Origin: an uncultured bacterium
Lineage (GTDB): Bacteria > Zixibacteria > MSB-5A5 > CAIYYT01
Length of the DNA: 64,000 nucleotides
NCBI GenBank assembly: GCA_963726455.1
Contig: CAVSCK010000003.1
Location: 480,001 to 544,000, forward strand
Direction of reading: 5' to 3'
Position numbers and translations under genes: made by a program
Notes under the pieces: generated by a model
Databases searched by the model: none
What the model was told of the DNA's origin: nothing
What the model saw: the letters and a program-made list of their open reading frames with translations, nothing else
Shown here: in pieces, positions 30,156-40,800 of the stretch
Layout of the letters: every line of letters begins with the position of its first letter
Numbering within the stretch: position 1 is the first letter of the stretch

Positions 30156-31508
30156 CTAGAAATCTGTCTTACCGGAAAACTTGAATGATCCCAGATGCAG
30201 AGTGGGCACGGAAACGCAGCCGACCGAGCTCCACCAGGCGCCGATCAACTGTGTTTCTTTCGAGACAGCGACAGTCGATTTGAAAGCACGCATGATCGAA
30301 TCGGTAAATCGCAGATTCTTGACACCGCACTTGATCTCACCATTTTCGATCAGGAATGTACCGTCACGAGTCATGCCGGTAAGAACGGAATTGCGCGTGT
30401 CGATCAAGCCGTTGATGTAATGGAAGCGCGTAATCAGAATGCCGCGCTTGATACCTGAAATCATCTTGGCTTTGGGCACTGTGCCCGGCGCCAACGACAG
30501 GTTAAGCCCCATCGCACCGGCGGCGGCTTCGGTGGCAGGAAGTGCATGGCCGGTCGATTTGGTCTTGCCTTTGGCGGCAGACACAGAATCGAAGACCACT
30601 CCCTTGGCGACACCCTTGTCGATCAGTTTCACTTTCTTTTTGGGAACGCCCTCGAAATCAAACGGGAACGCAATCAACTTAGGATTGAGAGCATCATCAA
30701 AGATCGAAATCTTATCGGACGTAATTTTGCGACCAATCCGTCCCGCAAGGAACGACGTGCCCTGCTGATATGATTTCGATCCGAAGGCGATGTAGTTCAA
30801 CCATTCTAGCACTTCGGCGACGGCCGCCGGCTCCAGGACTACCTCATATTCCCCGGGTTCGATTTGCTGTGGATTCTGCGAAAGGCGGCACTTATCGACC
30901 GCGGTTTTGGCAAGAGCTGCGAAATCAAGATTGGCAACCTTGCGCGATACCGCCGACGCGTAGCCAGAGGACGTGTCGCCGGTGACCACCATATTGATAG
31001 TCGCTGAACTAACGGGCTGATAAGCACGCACACCGTGTGAACTCACGATGCCTATTTCGCCGCTACCGGTTGCCAGCGCGCCGGCGACAGAATAGCCGGC
31101 CTTGCTCGCAACGCTAATGATTTTCTGAACTGAGCGAGCACGTTGCATGGGCGTGTAGCTCGCCGTCGCTTTATCGAAGGTGTTCAGTTTCGCGTACTTG
31201 GCTTTCTTTGGCAGGCCGGGAAACTTCGGGTTGTCCGACTGGCTGCGGGCGATTACGATGGAGTTGTCGAGCGTCAGTTTGAGATCAGCATCCACAAGTG
31301 AATTAGTCGAAGCCACCCCGACTTTCTTTCCGATCACGGTTCGAAACAGGATGCGACAGTCGTTTTCGTACACATTCTGATGAATGTGGTTGTTGGCAAA
31401 TCGCGTCAAAGCGCTTTCATCGCCGATGTAGGCAATCTCGGTCTGGTCGGCTTGGGAATACGCGAGAATGGATTCCAGCTTCTTGAGGAGTTTCTCTTTG
31501 CCTATCAC
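30156..31508 (-). CDS. pmbA: TldE/PmbA family protein
   Basis: TRFANNHIHQN, PGEYEVVLEPAAV, FDFEGVP, STGHA and TGMTRDGTFLIENG; GTG start at 31508 overlaps the tldD stop (GTGA). Confidence 0.88.
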   Translation of the reverse strand: MIGKEKLLKKLESILAYSQADQTEIAYIGDESALTRFANNHIHQNVYENDCRILFRTVIGKKVGVASTNSLVDADLKLTLDNSIVIARSQSDNPKFPGLPKKAKYAKLNTFDKATASYTPMQRARSVQKIISVASKAGYSVAGALATGSGEIGIVSSHGVRAYQPVSSATINMVVTGDTSSGYASAVSRKVANLDFAALAKTAVDKCRLSQNPQQIEPGEYEVVLEPAAVAEVLEWLNYIAFGSKSYQQGTSFLAGRIGRKITSDKISIFDDALNPKLIAFPFDFEGVPKKKVKLIDKGVAKGVVFDSVSAAKGKTKSTGHALPATEAAAGAMGLNLSLAPGTVPKAKMISGIKRGILITRFHYINGLIDTRNSVLTGMTRDGTFLIENGEIKCGVKNLRFTDSIMRAFKSTVAVSKETQLIGAWWSSVGCVSVPTLHLGSFKFSGKTDF

Positions 31509-32947
31509 TTGCTCACCCCCACCTTGACGTTGCGGAATCGCGCCGGCGCGGTGCCGTGGGCGACGCGCGCGACTTGCATTGGTTCTCCCTTGCCGCAATT
31601 GGGTACTCCCCAGACATGCCAGTGATCTCGATTGCAGATGGCATCGCAGGAGTTCCAGAATTCAGGAGTGATACCGGTATAGACGGCGTTCTTGTACATT
31701 TGTCCCAGTTTGCCGTCCTTGATTTCCCAGGCGCACTCGACACCAAATTGGAAGTTCAGCCGCTTGTCATCGATCGACCAGCTCTTGTTCAGATCCAGGA
31801 AGATACCGCGCTGCGTGTCAGCAATCAGATTGTCGAGCGTCCACTCCCCCGGTTCGAGGTTAATATTGGTCATGCGGATAATCGGAATGCGATTCCATCC
31901 GTCGGCGCGCATGGCGCCATTGGAGCGCTGGTTAATGACGGGCGCCGTGTCTCTGCCGGTCAGATAGCCGACAAACATTCCATTCTCGATGATCGGCGTG
32001 CGCTGGGCCTTGACACCTTCGTCATCATAGCCGAAACTCCCCAGTCCTCCGGGAATCGTGGCATCGGCATTGATATTGACAATATCAGAGCCATACTTGA
32101 GCTTGCCCAGTTTGTCGAGAGAAAGAAACGAACCGCCGGCAAACGAAATTTCGGTACCCAGCACTCGATCGAATTCGACGGGGTGGCCGCAGGATTCATG
32201 CACCTGCAACGCCAACTGCGGCGCGCCGATGATGATTGCCGTTACTTCGTCGGGGCAGGCAGGCGCCTGCAATAACATGATGGCTTCCTCACGCACGCGC
32301 TCCGCATGATCCAGTAGGTGCATATCTTCGACGAACTCCCAGCCGAGAGTGGCATAGTCACCGCCATGGGAATTGGGATAGGAACGTGTTTGCGCTTCCT
32401 TGCCATCGTAGGCGACTGCTTCGTAGCCGGCGCCTGATTCGATAATCTCCTGCTCGATTTCAGATCCTTCCGTGGAAACAAAGAGCTTCGCGGTTTTGGT
32501 AAAATCCATCGACGCTTCCGCGGTCTTGATCTTCTTTGACTTCTTCAAGATGTTCGTGCATTGAATGAGCAGGCCAAGCTTGTCTTCCGTCGATACCGCG
32601 AACGGGTCCTTCTGGCAGCTTGAACGATAGTGATCAACAAACGGCTCCTGCTCCGCAAGCACGACCGGGTCATGCTTGGTGATTGCCGAGGCTTTGGCGA
32701 TTTGCAGCGCCTGATTGGCGGTCTTCTTTAAGGCCGCCGGGGTCACATTGGCGGTCGCGGCAAATCCCCAGGCATTATTTGCCAGCACCCGAATACCAAC
32801 ACCGACATCGAGGTTACGCGCCAGCGAGTCGACGGTGCCGTCCGACACGTGGATCGCCTCGTTTTCCCTGCGGACGAAGCGACAATCGGCATACGTCACA
32901 CCCTTGCTGCGCAACCAGTCGATACACTCTTTGAGTTTATCCTTCAT
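31505..32947 (-). CDS. tldD: TldD family metalloprotease
   Basis: GIRVLANNAWGFAA, HESCGHPVE (HExxxH), YDDEGV, RMTNINLEPG and CGKGEP. Confidence 0.92.
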   Translation of the reverse strand: MKDKLKECIDWLRSKGVTYADCRFVRRENEAIHVSDGTVDSLARNLDVGVGIRVLANNAWGFAATANVTPAALKKTANQALQIAKASAITKHDPVVLAEQEPFVDHYRSSCQKDPFAVSTEDKLGLLIQCTNILKKSKKIKTAEASMDFTKTAKLFVSTEGSEIEQEIIESGAGYEAVAYDGKEAQTRSYPNSHGGDYATLGWEFVEDMHLLDHAERVREEAIMLLQAPACPDEVTAIIIGAPQLALQVHESCGHPVEFDRVLGTEISFAGGSFLSLDKLGKLKYGSDIVNINADATIPGGLGSFGYDDEGVKAQRTPIIENGMFVGYLTGRDTAPVINQRSNGAMRADGWNRIPIIRMTNINLEPGEWTLDNLIADTQRGIFLDLNKSWSIDDKRLNFQFGVECAWEIKDGKLGQMYKNAVYTGITPEFWNSCDAICNRDHWHVWGVPNCGKGEPMQVARVAHGTAPARFRNVKVGVSK

Positions 32948-33050
32948 TACACCTCCAGAGGTTCTTAATACTATATCCGAGTATACGTTTCAAATTTCCG
33001 TGGGATACACGATCACCGATCTTTTGCGGGAGCACCGGTCAAGACCTGCT

Positions 33051-33611
33051 CTATTCGCGATGGACTGCGCTACCGAGCGCGATGAGTACCTGGGAAATAC
33101 ATTCGCAATCCTTCTCATGAGTCAAGACTGTAGTGACTATCAATAACTGGCCCGAAACTACCCAGGCCTGAACCATGTACTTGAATTCGCCGGGCTTAGG
33201 CGCTTTGTCGGTAGCAAAGAAATACCAGCCGCGACCGGAGGCCCCATTGATTGGTTTGAGCGCTATTTGACTCTCCTCGCTGCCGGGGAGGATTCTTTCT
33301 TTCACGTACGCGTCCAGCTTGATTCGCAAACTGATTTGCGACGTGTCGATCAAGGTGTCAGTCATGCTGTACCCAGGGGTCATCAACACCGAAAACCTGT
33401 CGCCTGCTGCGGGCGAAAAAGTGATCGTCGGTGGCAAATCCATGCCTGGTTGCCGGACTTCACTCTTCCAATCCTGCGGGACTGTCAACACCAGTTTTCC
33501 ATGTTTCGGCAGAGAATACTTTCGCTCTTTCATCTTTTCTGCGGCTTCGAGACCGAAGACTGCGAAAGAGATCGTAAGTGCTAGAATTGTGAGAATCACT
33601 TTCCTTAGCAT
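33051..33611 (-). CDS. Hypothetical exported protein
   Basis: Signal peptide; GGAGG RBS; L.VP..W motif of PsbP-like folds (weak). Confidence 0.65.
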   Translation of the reverse strand: MLRKVILTILALTISFAVFGLEAAEKMKERKYSLPKHGKLVLTVPQDWKSEVRQPGMDLPPTITFSPAAGDRFSVLMTPGYSMTDTLIDTSQISLRIKLDAYVKERILPGSEESQIALKPINGASGRGWYFFATDKAPKPGEFKYMVQAWVVSGQLLIVTTVLTHEKDCECISQVLIALGSAVHRE

Positions 33612-33824
33612 CTAAAGGTCCTCCTGGATCCGTTAATCCCCATATGAGGGCGAGCGGTCGCGTCTGACCCATAATAACATTCCGAATTGATCGGAGCCAT
33701 GCCTAATTCTTCGCAGGAAATTACAAACCCGGAGTTGACGACTAACTGATTGGTATTACACGTGTTAACCTTGGCGTCCATGGTAACATTGCAATGGATA
33801 TCGACGATATCTGCAAAAATAAAC

Positions 33825-33853
33825 TGGACTTTTCGGAAATTATGCCGTATACT
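33825..33853 (+). promoter_or_regulatory. sigma70 promoter of RRM gene 1
   Basis: TGGACT-N17-TATACT; a homologous element precedes RRM gene 2. Confidence 0.55.
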
Positions 33854-33867
33854 ATAACAAGTAACTA

Positions 33868-34024
33868 ATCTCCACTGTAAGTGTTGTTCAAGTTTTGCTA
33901 CGTTATTTCAATCCTTGTCAATCCCTGAAAATCGGAGATACGCGCAATAAGGCGCACAAAACAATTCTCCTTTGCCAGATAGGTCTATTGCCTTTCGGCA
34001 AGGGAACATCTACAGGAGTGTAGA
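33868..34024 (+). ncRNA. Conserved candidate structured 5' leader of RRM gene 1
   Basis: Shares ATCTCCA, AGTTTTGCT, CAATCCTTGTCAA, TCGGAGATAYGCGC-N6-GCGCA and TCTACAGGAGT.TAGAATG with 34600-34757. Confidence 0.5.
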
Positions 34025-34360
34025 ATGAATATCTTCGTAGGCAATCTGTCCCGCGAAACCGCAGAAGCTGACCTGCGCCAGGCCTTTGAGGCCTTTGGCC
34101 AAGTCACAAAAGCAACCGTAATTACTGACAAGTTCACCGGCCAGTCAAAGGGCTTCGGATTTGTCGAGATGGCATCCAAGGCGGAAGCCGAAGCTGCTAT
34201 CAGCGGTATGTCGGGCAAGGAATTGCACGGTCGTACTCTTAACGTTAGCGAAGCACGCCCTCGTCCCGAAGGTGGCGGCGGCGGTGGTCGTCGTGATGGC
34301 GGCGGCGGTGGCGGTAACCGTGGCGGTTACGGTGGCGGCGGTGGACGTCGCAGCTGGTAA
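34025..34360 (+). CDS. RRM RNA-binding protein with glycine-rich tail
   Basis: RNP2 IFVGNL, RNP1 KGFGFVEM, V.EARPR and a GGG/RGG tail. Confidence 0.95.
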   Translation: MNIFVGNLSRETAEADLRQAFEAFGQVTKATVITDKFTGQSKGFGFVEMASKAEAEAAISGMSGKELHGRTLNVSEARPRPEGGGGGGRRDGGGGGGNRGGYGGGGGRRSW

Positions 34361-34398
34361 TACGGCCAAGCATACACTTAAATTAGTGTAGTCTATTC

Positions 34399-34428
34399 AA
34401 GGCAGGAACCAAGGGTTCCTGCCTTTTT
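34399..34428 (+). terminator. Intrinsic terminator
   Basis: aaggcaggaacc-aag-ggttcctgcctt followed by ttt. Confidence 0.8.
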
Positions 34429-34556
34429 GATCGCTCACCGGTTTGTTCGTTCCGAACGTGATTGTACCGGAAATACAACCGACGGCGTAAATCGAAGACC
34501 TGACTTGCGAAACAGCCAGAAAGGTAGATTGTGGAGGGCAATCCTTTAAATTAAAC

Positions 34557-34585
34557 CCGACTTTCCGCGGGTGAAGGCGTATAAT
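34557..34585 (+). promoter_or_regulatory. sigma70 promoter of RRM gene 2
   Basis: CCGACT-N17-TATAAT. Confidence 0.55.
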
Positions 34586-34599
34586 AGGAAAGATCACTG

Positions 34600-34757
34600 A
34601 TCTCCATCTTTAGTTTTGCTCAAGATTTGTAACTAAAAAGCAATCCTTGTCAACTCGTGAATTCGGAGATATGCGCTAACACGCGCAATTAAACGGTTCC
34701 CGTTTGGGAGGTTGGCCTTTGGTCGCCTTCGACGAGACATCTCTACAGGAGTTTAGA
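34600..34757 (+). ncRNA. Conserved candidate structured 5' leader of RRM gene 2
   Basis: Same motif blocks and near-identical spacing as 33868-34024. Confidence 0.5.
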
Positions 34758-35066
34758 ATGAATATTTACGTAGGCAATCTGTCACCGGAGACGGAAGAGA
34801 CAGATCTTAGAAAGGCATTTGAGCCGTACGGCCAAGTGACTCGCGCACACATTATTGTAGACAAAATCACCAGTCTGTCCAAGGGCTTCGGTTTTGTCGA
34901 CATGGCCGTGGAAGACGAGGGTCGATCGGCAATGACCGGATTGGCCGGCAAAGAGCTGCAGGGCCGCGCGATCAAGATGAGTGAAGCGCGCCGGCTCAGC
35001 GAAGTTCACCCACGCAAGCCAAATCAACCGGACAGCGGCTATCGGGACAGGCACGGCAACCAGTAA
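34758..35066 (+). CDS. RRM RNA-binding protein (paralog 2, no glycine tail)
   Basis: IYVGNL and KGFGFVDM; start moved to ATG 34758 after AGGAG. Confidence 0.92.
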   Translation: MNIYVGNLSPETEETDLRKAFEPYGQVTRAHIIVDKITSLSKGFGFVDMAVEDEGRSAMTGLAGKELQGRAIKMSEARRLSEVHPRKPNQPDSGYRDRHGNQ

Positions 35067-35103
35067 TTCGCCGCGGGCCCAAAACCGTTAGCTAGAACGA
35101 TTC

Positions 35104-35133
35104 AAGGCAGAAGTCCGGGATTTCTGCCTTTTC
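35104..35133 (+). terminator. Intrinsic terminator
   Basis: aaggcagaagtcc...gatttctgcctt followed by ttc; homologous to the 34399 terminator. Confidence 0.7.
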
Positions 35134-35311
35134 GTTTGTGCCAGAATGAATTTGGCATCCCCCATCTTCTCTTCTCCAGGTGACCAACTCGGCTTATCGC
35201 AGTTGGGCAGTTAACCCTCGATGCGCACCAGACTTTTCAATTAAAATTGCGAACCTAACCGTCGTAGTTCGGTTATAAGACACGAAAAATGATGATTAAG
35301 GAGGGAACCAT

Positions 35312-36805
35312 ATGGTTCGCAGAATCTCATCGATGCAAGTAGTTGTGGCCGTTATTACAGTGCTGGCCGCGGCAATGTTCATGGATATTTACGCCGTAAA
35401 ATCCCCGCCGGCAACTGTAATGACCGTGGTAACGCCATCCAAAGACCGACCAGTATATTCTCTGCGCGACCTCAACCAGGCATTTGTAGATATCGCCAGA
35501 GCGGTGACACCGACAGTCGTGACAGTTTCGACCGAAAAGACTCTGAAAATGCGGGAAGTCAATCCGTTTGCGGGCTTCTTTGACAGTCCGTTTGGCGATT
35601 TCTTTGGGAATCCGGGTAACGGACGCGGCCAAAGACAGGCGCCTGAACGCGAGTTTCATCAGCAAGGCCTTGGCTCAGGGGTGATTGTTTCCAGCGACGG
35701 TTATATCCTGACCAACAATCACGTGATCGCAGGTGTTGACAGCATCACGGTTCGAACCTATGACGGTCGCACTTTCCCGGCGAAAGTGATCGGCGCCGAT
35801 CCGAAAACCGATGTTGCGGTGATCAGGGTCAGTGCCGAGAATCTGCCCGCCATCAAGAAAGGCAACAGCGACAGTCTGCAGGTTGGCGAAATGGTCATGG
35901 CAATTGGCAGCCCGCTGAGCCCCAACCTGGCTCACACGGTAACGCGCGGAATCGTCAGCGCCACAGGACGCGCCAACGTCGGGCTGGCGGAGTATGAAGA
36001 TTTTATTCAGACGGATGCGGCCATCAATCCGGGCAATTCGGGGGGCGCACTGGTTAACATGGATGGCGAATTAGTCGGCATCAACAGCGCGATCGTCAGC
36101 CAGAGCGGCGGATTCCAGGGAATCGGACTAGCTGTGCCGGTCAATATGGCGTTTCGTGTAATGGATGCGCTGATCAAGACCGGCAAGGTCGTTCGCGGCT
36201 GGCTCGGTGTCTCGATTCAGAACATCAGTCCGAGCATTGGCAATGCCATGCACCTGCCAAATCAGGAAGGGGCTCTGGTAGGCAGTGTGTCGCCTGGAAG
36301 TCCAGCCGCCAAGGCGGGATTAAGGAATGGCGATGTGATCACCAAGCTGAACAATCACCTAATCAAGAATTCCACTGAATTGCGTAACGATATAGCAGGC
36401 ACTGCACCCGGATCATCAGTAGCTCTCACAATCATGCGTGACGGCAAAGAGATGGAAGTAAATGCGCAACTGGCCGAGCTACCCACTGAGACGGCTCCGG
36501 CTGCCACCAAGTCAGCGTTGTCTGACCTGCTCGGATTTAAAGTTCAGACGCTCGATCGCGAGATTGCCGGCAAGTACGCCCTGGACGCAAGATTGAACGG
36601 TGTGGTAGTCATTGATATCGACCAGAACAGCAATGCCTACGCCGCCGGGCTGCGAGAAGGCGACTTGATCAGTTCGGTCAACCAGTCAGACGTCTCCAAC
36701 GCCGCCGACTTTAGCAATGCCGTGAAGGATGCCAAGCAAGGCGATACAGTTCTGCTCCGTGTGGTCCGCCAGGACAGCGGCTTCTACTTAACCTTCACTC
36801 TCTAA
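35312..36805 (+). CDS. htrA: Do/DegP-DegQ family serine protease with two PDZ domains
   Basis: GLGSGVIVS, TNNHV, D.AV, QTDAAINPGNSGG, then two PDZ domains. Confidence 0.95.
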   Translation: MVRRISSMQVVVAVITVLAAAMFMDIYAVKSPPATVMTVVTPSKDRPVYSLRDLNQAFVDIARAVTPTVVTVSTEKTLKMREVNPFAGFFDSPFGDFFGNPGNGRGQRQAPEREFHQQGLGSGVIVSSDGYILTNNHVIAGVDSITVRTYDGRTFPAKVIGADPKTDVAVIRVSAENLPAIKKGNSDSLQVGEMVMAIGSPLSPNLAHTVTRGIVSATGRANVGLAEYEDFIQTDAAINPGNSGGALVNMDGELVGINSAIVSQSGGFQGIGLAVPVNMAFRVMDALIKTGKVVRGWLGVSIQNISPSIGNAMHLPNQEGALVGSVSPGSPAAKAGLRNGDVITKLNNHLIKNSTELRNDIAGTAPGSSVALTIMRDGKEMEVNAQLAELPTETAPAATKSALSDLLGFKVQTLDREIAGKYALDARLNGVVVIDIDQNSNAYAAGLREGDLISSVNQSDVSNAADFSNAVKDAKQGDTVLLRVVRQDSGFYLTFTL

Positions 36806-36818
36806 ATAACAAGCATAC

Positions 36819-36850
36819 CCGGCCGAGACGAAATTGTCTCGGCCGGTTTT
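36819..36850 (+). terminator. Intrinsic terminator
   Basis: ccggccgagac-gaaatt-gtctcggccgg followed by tttt. Confidence 0.8.
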
Positions 36851-36881
36851 CTTGCATTCGTAATGTGCTGACTGAGCGAGA

Positions 36882-37463
36882 TTACTTCTTGCTCGCAGTC
36901 GCTTCCAGATAGGTCCTGAAATTATCGGTCGTCCCTTGGGGCGCAATCTCGAACTTGATCGATACTGACTTTTCACCGGTTTTGGAGTAGATCAGGCGAA
37001 ATCTCGGAGCGACTGATGACGTATCGCTCACGAAAATCCAACTCGTAGTATCCGATGACACGGTCGCTGTGTAGTTGATCACATGGCCTTCGTTGTCCCA
37101 ATAGGTAGCTTTGGCCGATTTGTCCGGTTCCTGATGGATAACCATCAGATCGGTATGGGAGTAAGCCGGCTGGTCTTTGGTGGCAGGATAATTGGCGTAA
37201 TTGGTCCGAACCAGGACCCGCTTGTCCAGATCGAGGTAGAATTTGAAACCTCCGGTGCCCTGTCCCGGATTGTTGCCCCCGCCTTCGCCTTCCCAGTTAC
37301 CGAGTAGAAAATTCCATTTTGACCAGTCAGCGGCAGGCGCCGCGCCCTGTGCTGACGCAAAAGCCGGCCACAGACAGACCGCCATAAAAGCGCCGAAGAG
37401 AAATGCTCGCATCAGGACTGTGTGAGATCTAGCATTCGAACAAATTCGTTTTTCAAACTTCAC
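36882..37463 (-). CDS. Hypothetical exported beta-barrel-like protein
   Basis: Signal peptide ending AFASA; FLLGNWEGEG and YWDNEGHVINY motifs; start may be downstream (MRAFL). Confidence 0.7.
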   Translation of the reverse strand: MKFEKRICSNARSHTVLMRAFLFGAFMAVCLWPAFASAQGAAPAADWSKWNFLLGNWEGEGGGNNPGQGTGGFKFYLDLDKRVLVRTNYANYPATKDQPAYSHTDLMVIHQEPDKSAKATYWDNEGHVINYTATVSSDTTSWIFVSDTSSVAPRFRLIYSKTGEKSVSIKFEIAPQGTTDNFRTYLEATASKK

Positions 37464-37592
37464 GATATCCTCCAGTTCAATCCAATTGTAATGTCGAAGA
37501 AAGTGATAGACCGGCGTTAATTCAAGCTGATATTTGCGGATCTGAACATCGCTTGATGTGAATACAACTACGGAAGCAGATGCGGATTACAA

Positions 37593-37634
37593 TAGCGGGG
37601 GCAAGACTTGAACCTGCGACCTTCGGGTTATGAG
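37593..37634 (-). repeat. Duplicated 3' half of tRNA-fMet (att-like direct repeat)
   Basis: 42 bp matching 41370-41411 with 2 mismatches; starts at the anticodon loop (CTCATAA) and lacks CCA. Confidence 0.9.
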
Positions 37635-37868
37635 ATTCTCAGGTATCCCAACACGGGCCACTACTTTACACCAGGCGACAATAGCGGCAAAAACTTACGA
37701 AGCTCATTTTGTCCGGTGTTGTCCCGTGCTATGCCCTTTCTTGCGAGGGACAGACTTATGCATTGGAGAAGAAGCGCGCCCCGATCTGGCAAACCCTTCA
37801 TTGCCTGAGGACATTCAGCATTCTTCCACTTTCTCATACATATGAAACTTGCGATCGGAAGCAAGAAG

Positions 37869-40800
37869 TCAGCGCCAATCGCCGAGCGAAATGAAAGCTC
37901 CCCAGGTATAAGGATGATCCGGTAATCGTGCAGCCCGAAGCTTTCTTATCTCCGCCAATTGCAGGTCCCTCAGTCGCTCCGGAATCGGCTTCTTAGACTG
38001 ACTATATAACTGACTCATGACGGCAGCCGTCGCTTCATCCGGCACCGGCCACAACGAACTGATCACTGTTCTTGCTCCTGCCATCTGGAACGCTCGTCGA
38101 AGCCCGTATACTCCTTCGCCCGACTTCACCTCGCCTAAACCTGTCTCACAGGCCGACAAAACCACCAAATCCGTGCCCATCAAGTTCATCCCTGATACTT
38201 CCGACGCCGACAATATACCGTCGTCAACATGAGCACTATCACAACCGGCACCGTGAAGATTCGCGCCGGCCAGTAGAAGCCCCGACTGCAGTAACGGATT
38301 CTCTCCCACAAAGCTCTCGTCCGGGCCGACATTATGTTTCGCCACGAACTGAGGCGCGCACTGCCCCGTCAGGTAGTATCCATGCGTCGCCAGATGGAGT
38401 ACTCGCTTGCCTGGGGCCGCGGCCTTGAATTGGTCCTCTGACGCCTTGGGGCCCACGTAGACCTGTGCCGAATCTTCGCCCCGACCTGGCCAAAGTTTCG
38501 CTATCATCTCGATTTCGGCTCGTGTAAATGGCAGACTGCCAACCTTGAGGTCGGAAAGGGAACCACACCCCGACCGTACATCTCGAGTCCTGTACTCTCT
38601 TTCACCGGTCGCTGTCGAAGCGAACTGCACCTCGCCGGGCTGCTGCGTTCGTGCGGAAATTGTAGCATCAAAGTCCGGATCACCCAGAGCAAACAGACCA
38701 CGACCACTCTCCGGTTTGTCCTTCAACCGGATCAGGTCACGGCCTGAAGAAAGATGATGGAGAACGTATTTTTCAGTCAGGTATTTTCCTTCCTCATCGA
38801 TCAACCCGGCTAACGACACTAAATTCAGCGAACCGTCCAGCCCTACGAAGATCGTCTGATTCTTCTTGAAATGCTTCTCCAATGGCCTCCAGATCTTCTC
38901 ATAAATGGCTCGGCTGATCGGTTCGTATTCGGCCATGTCGGCAGCATTTGGCATCCGACCTGAAGAGGCCAATTGTTGCATATGCTTCAGAAGTCGCTCG
39001 ACCAAAGGCTCGATCTCCAAAGCACTTCCCAAATTCACAATCTCCGGTTTCTCATTCTTGCCGATGATCAAAGCCGCATAGCGAGGTATTAGCGAATCTG
39101 GCTTTAGCTGGTGATAGTCCCATTTGAGATACTCAACAAGGGTAGTGCCCAGCGGCAAAGCTGAACTAATGCGCTCGACCGAAATGTTGTTCAGTGCCCG
39201 TAATCGCTGGAAGCTCGCGCTGTGACGTGACAACTCTGCTTCGAGATCATCCGCTGCGGCAACCAAGGAGTCAAGTTCACGCTTGTAAGCGCCAGTGGTA
39301 TCGTTGCCGGGACCTGCACTGTAGAGTCTGGAAATTCGCATTCGTGCGCCACGAACAGATTCTGCCAAATTCAACGTAGTCGAATCCTTCTCCGTTGTCA
39401 GTTGCCTTTGACGCTCCATAATTGCTTCAGAAACTATGCCCTTCGATTCCAGCATAACGGTGCCGCCTTCAAGTATCGAGTCGCGGTCAATTGCTCCGAA
39501 GTCGATAAGGCACGACAAGTAATTGCTGCCGGCACTCTTGATGGATCTGGAATAAGCAAGCGCGTCCTTCTCGGAAAGCATACAGGCGTTATCGTGAAAG
39601 AGCTTGATCCGGATGTCGAAGGCTGCTGACTCCTCCATAATGCCCAAGGCGAATTGTCCGTTGGCACGATAAGCGCGGGAAAGAGACTCCCTGTAGTTCG
39701 CCACATAAGGACAGCCGGGATCGATCGCCTTTTCCAAAAGCGACAACATTTTTTTGTAGAGAACCTCAGCGTCTGCGAATCGTGACTCGAAGTAATAGAG
39801 GTCGGCTATGGCACCGAGAGTCAGCGCCACATCGGGATGAGATGGGCCGAGGGCCCGTTCTCGAATTCCAAGTGATCTGCTTAGAAGAGATTCAGCTTCA
39901 GAATAGCGTTCTTGTCCCAAATAGGCATTGGCTAGGGCAGTCATGCTCATTCCCACATCAGGATGATCCTGGCCGAAAGCCTTTTCTCTGATCATCAAAG
40001 CCCTTATATAAAGTGACTCGGCAACGGCATATTTCCCTTGATCGTTATTCAGGGCGCCCAAATTGCTCAGGCTTGCAGCAACCTCAGGATGATCTGGGCC
40101 ACGAGACTTCTCCCGGATCGACAATGCTCTCTTCCAATATTGTTCGGCTTCCGCAACCCTTGACAGATCATAATAAATATTGCCGAGATTAGATAAGACC
40201 GTTGCCAACTGCGGATCATCCGGACCCAGAACCTTTTCTCGTATTGCAAGTACTCTTCTCAGAAGCGGTTCTGCTTCGGCATCCCGTCCTTGAACCCAAT
40301 AATCCATGGCGAGGTTGTTTAGGCTAATGGAGACGTCCAGGTGCTCGGAACCGAGGGCTTTTTCTCGGATTGCCAGCGCTCGCTCGTGGCACTGAATGGC
40401 ATCTCGATAACGTGCCTGTTGTGCATAGATATTCCCGAGAATCGTCAGACATTCGGCTACACCCGGATGTTCACGACCGTTAAGCTGCTCCCGAATGGCG
40501 ATTGCTTTCTGAAGCAACTCTTCTGCCTCGGCAAATCGTGCAAGGTCACAGTCGAGACGGGCAACGTTAACCGCGCTTAGCGCGACTTCCAGGTTATTTG
40601 GGCCAAACAACTTTATCTTGAGGCCCAGGGCTTGGCGAAGTAAGGTATCAGCTTCGGCATAGGAGGAAGTGTTCAGGTAATACGTTCCCAATCGGTGCAA
40701 GACTCGAGCAGTAATAGTATCGTCTCCACCAAATTCCTTCCTTGTCAATTCAAGTAGAGCTTTACACGTGACGATTGCTGAGTCTGGGTTCTTCGCTTTC

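Noticed and set aside
30156-32947. tldD/pmbA as a possible RiPP maturation locus
   Set aside because: No precursor peptide or YcaO gene nearby; an ordinary stand-alone pair.
34271-34347. GGC/GGT low-complexity run
   Set aside because: Encodes the glycine-rich tail of the RRM protein.
37593-37634. Second tRNA-Met gene
   Set aside because: Only the 3' half is present, without the D-arm, 5' acceptor strand or CCA; treated as an att-like repeat.
39700-40700. Periodic sequence similarity, considered as a possible array
   Set aside because: Explained by coding TPR repeats; no CRISPR-like repeat-spacer pattern was seen here or elsewhere.
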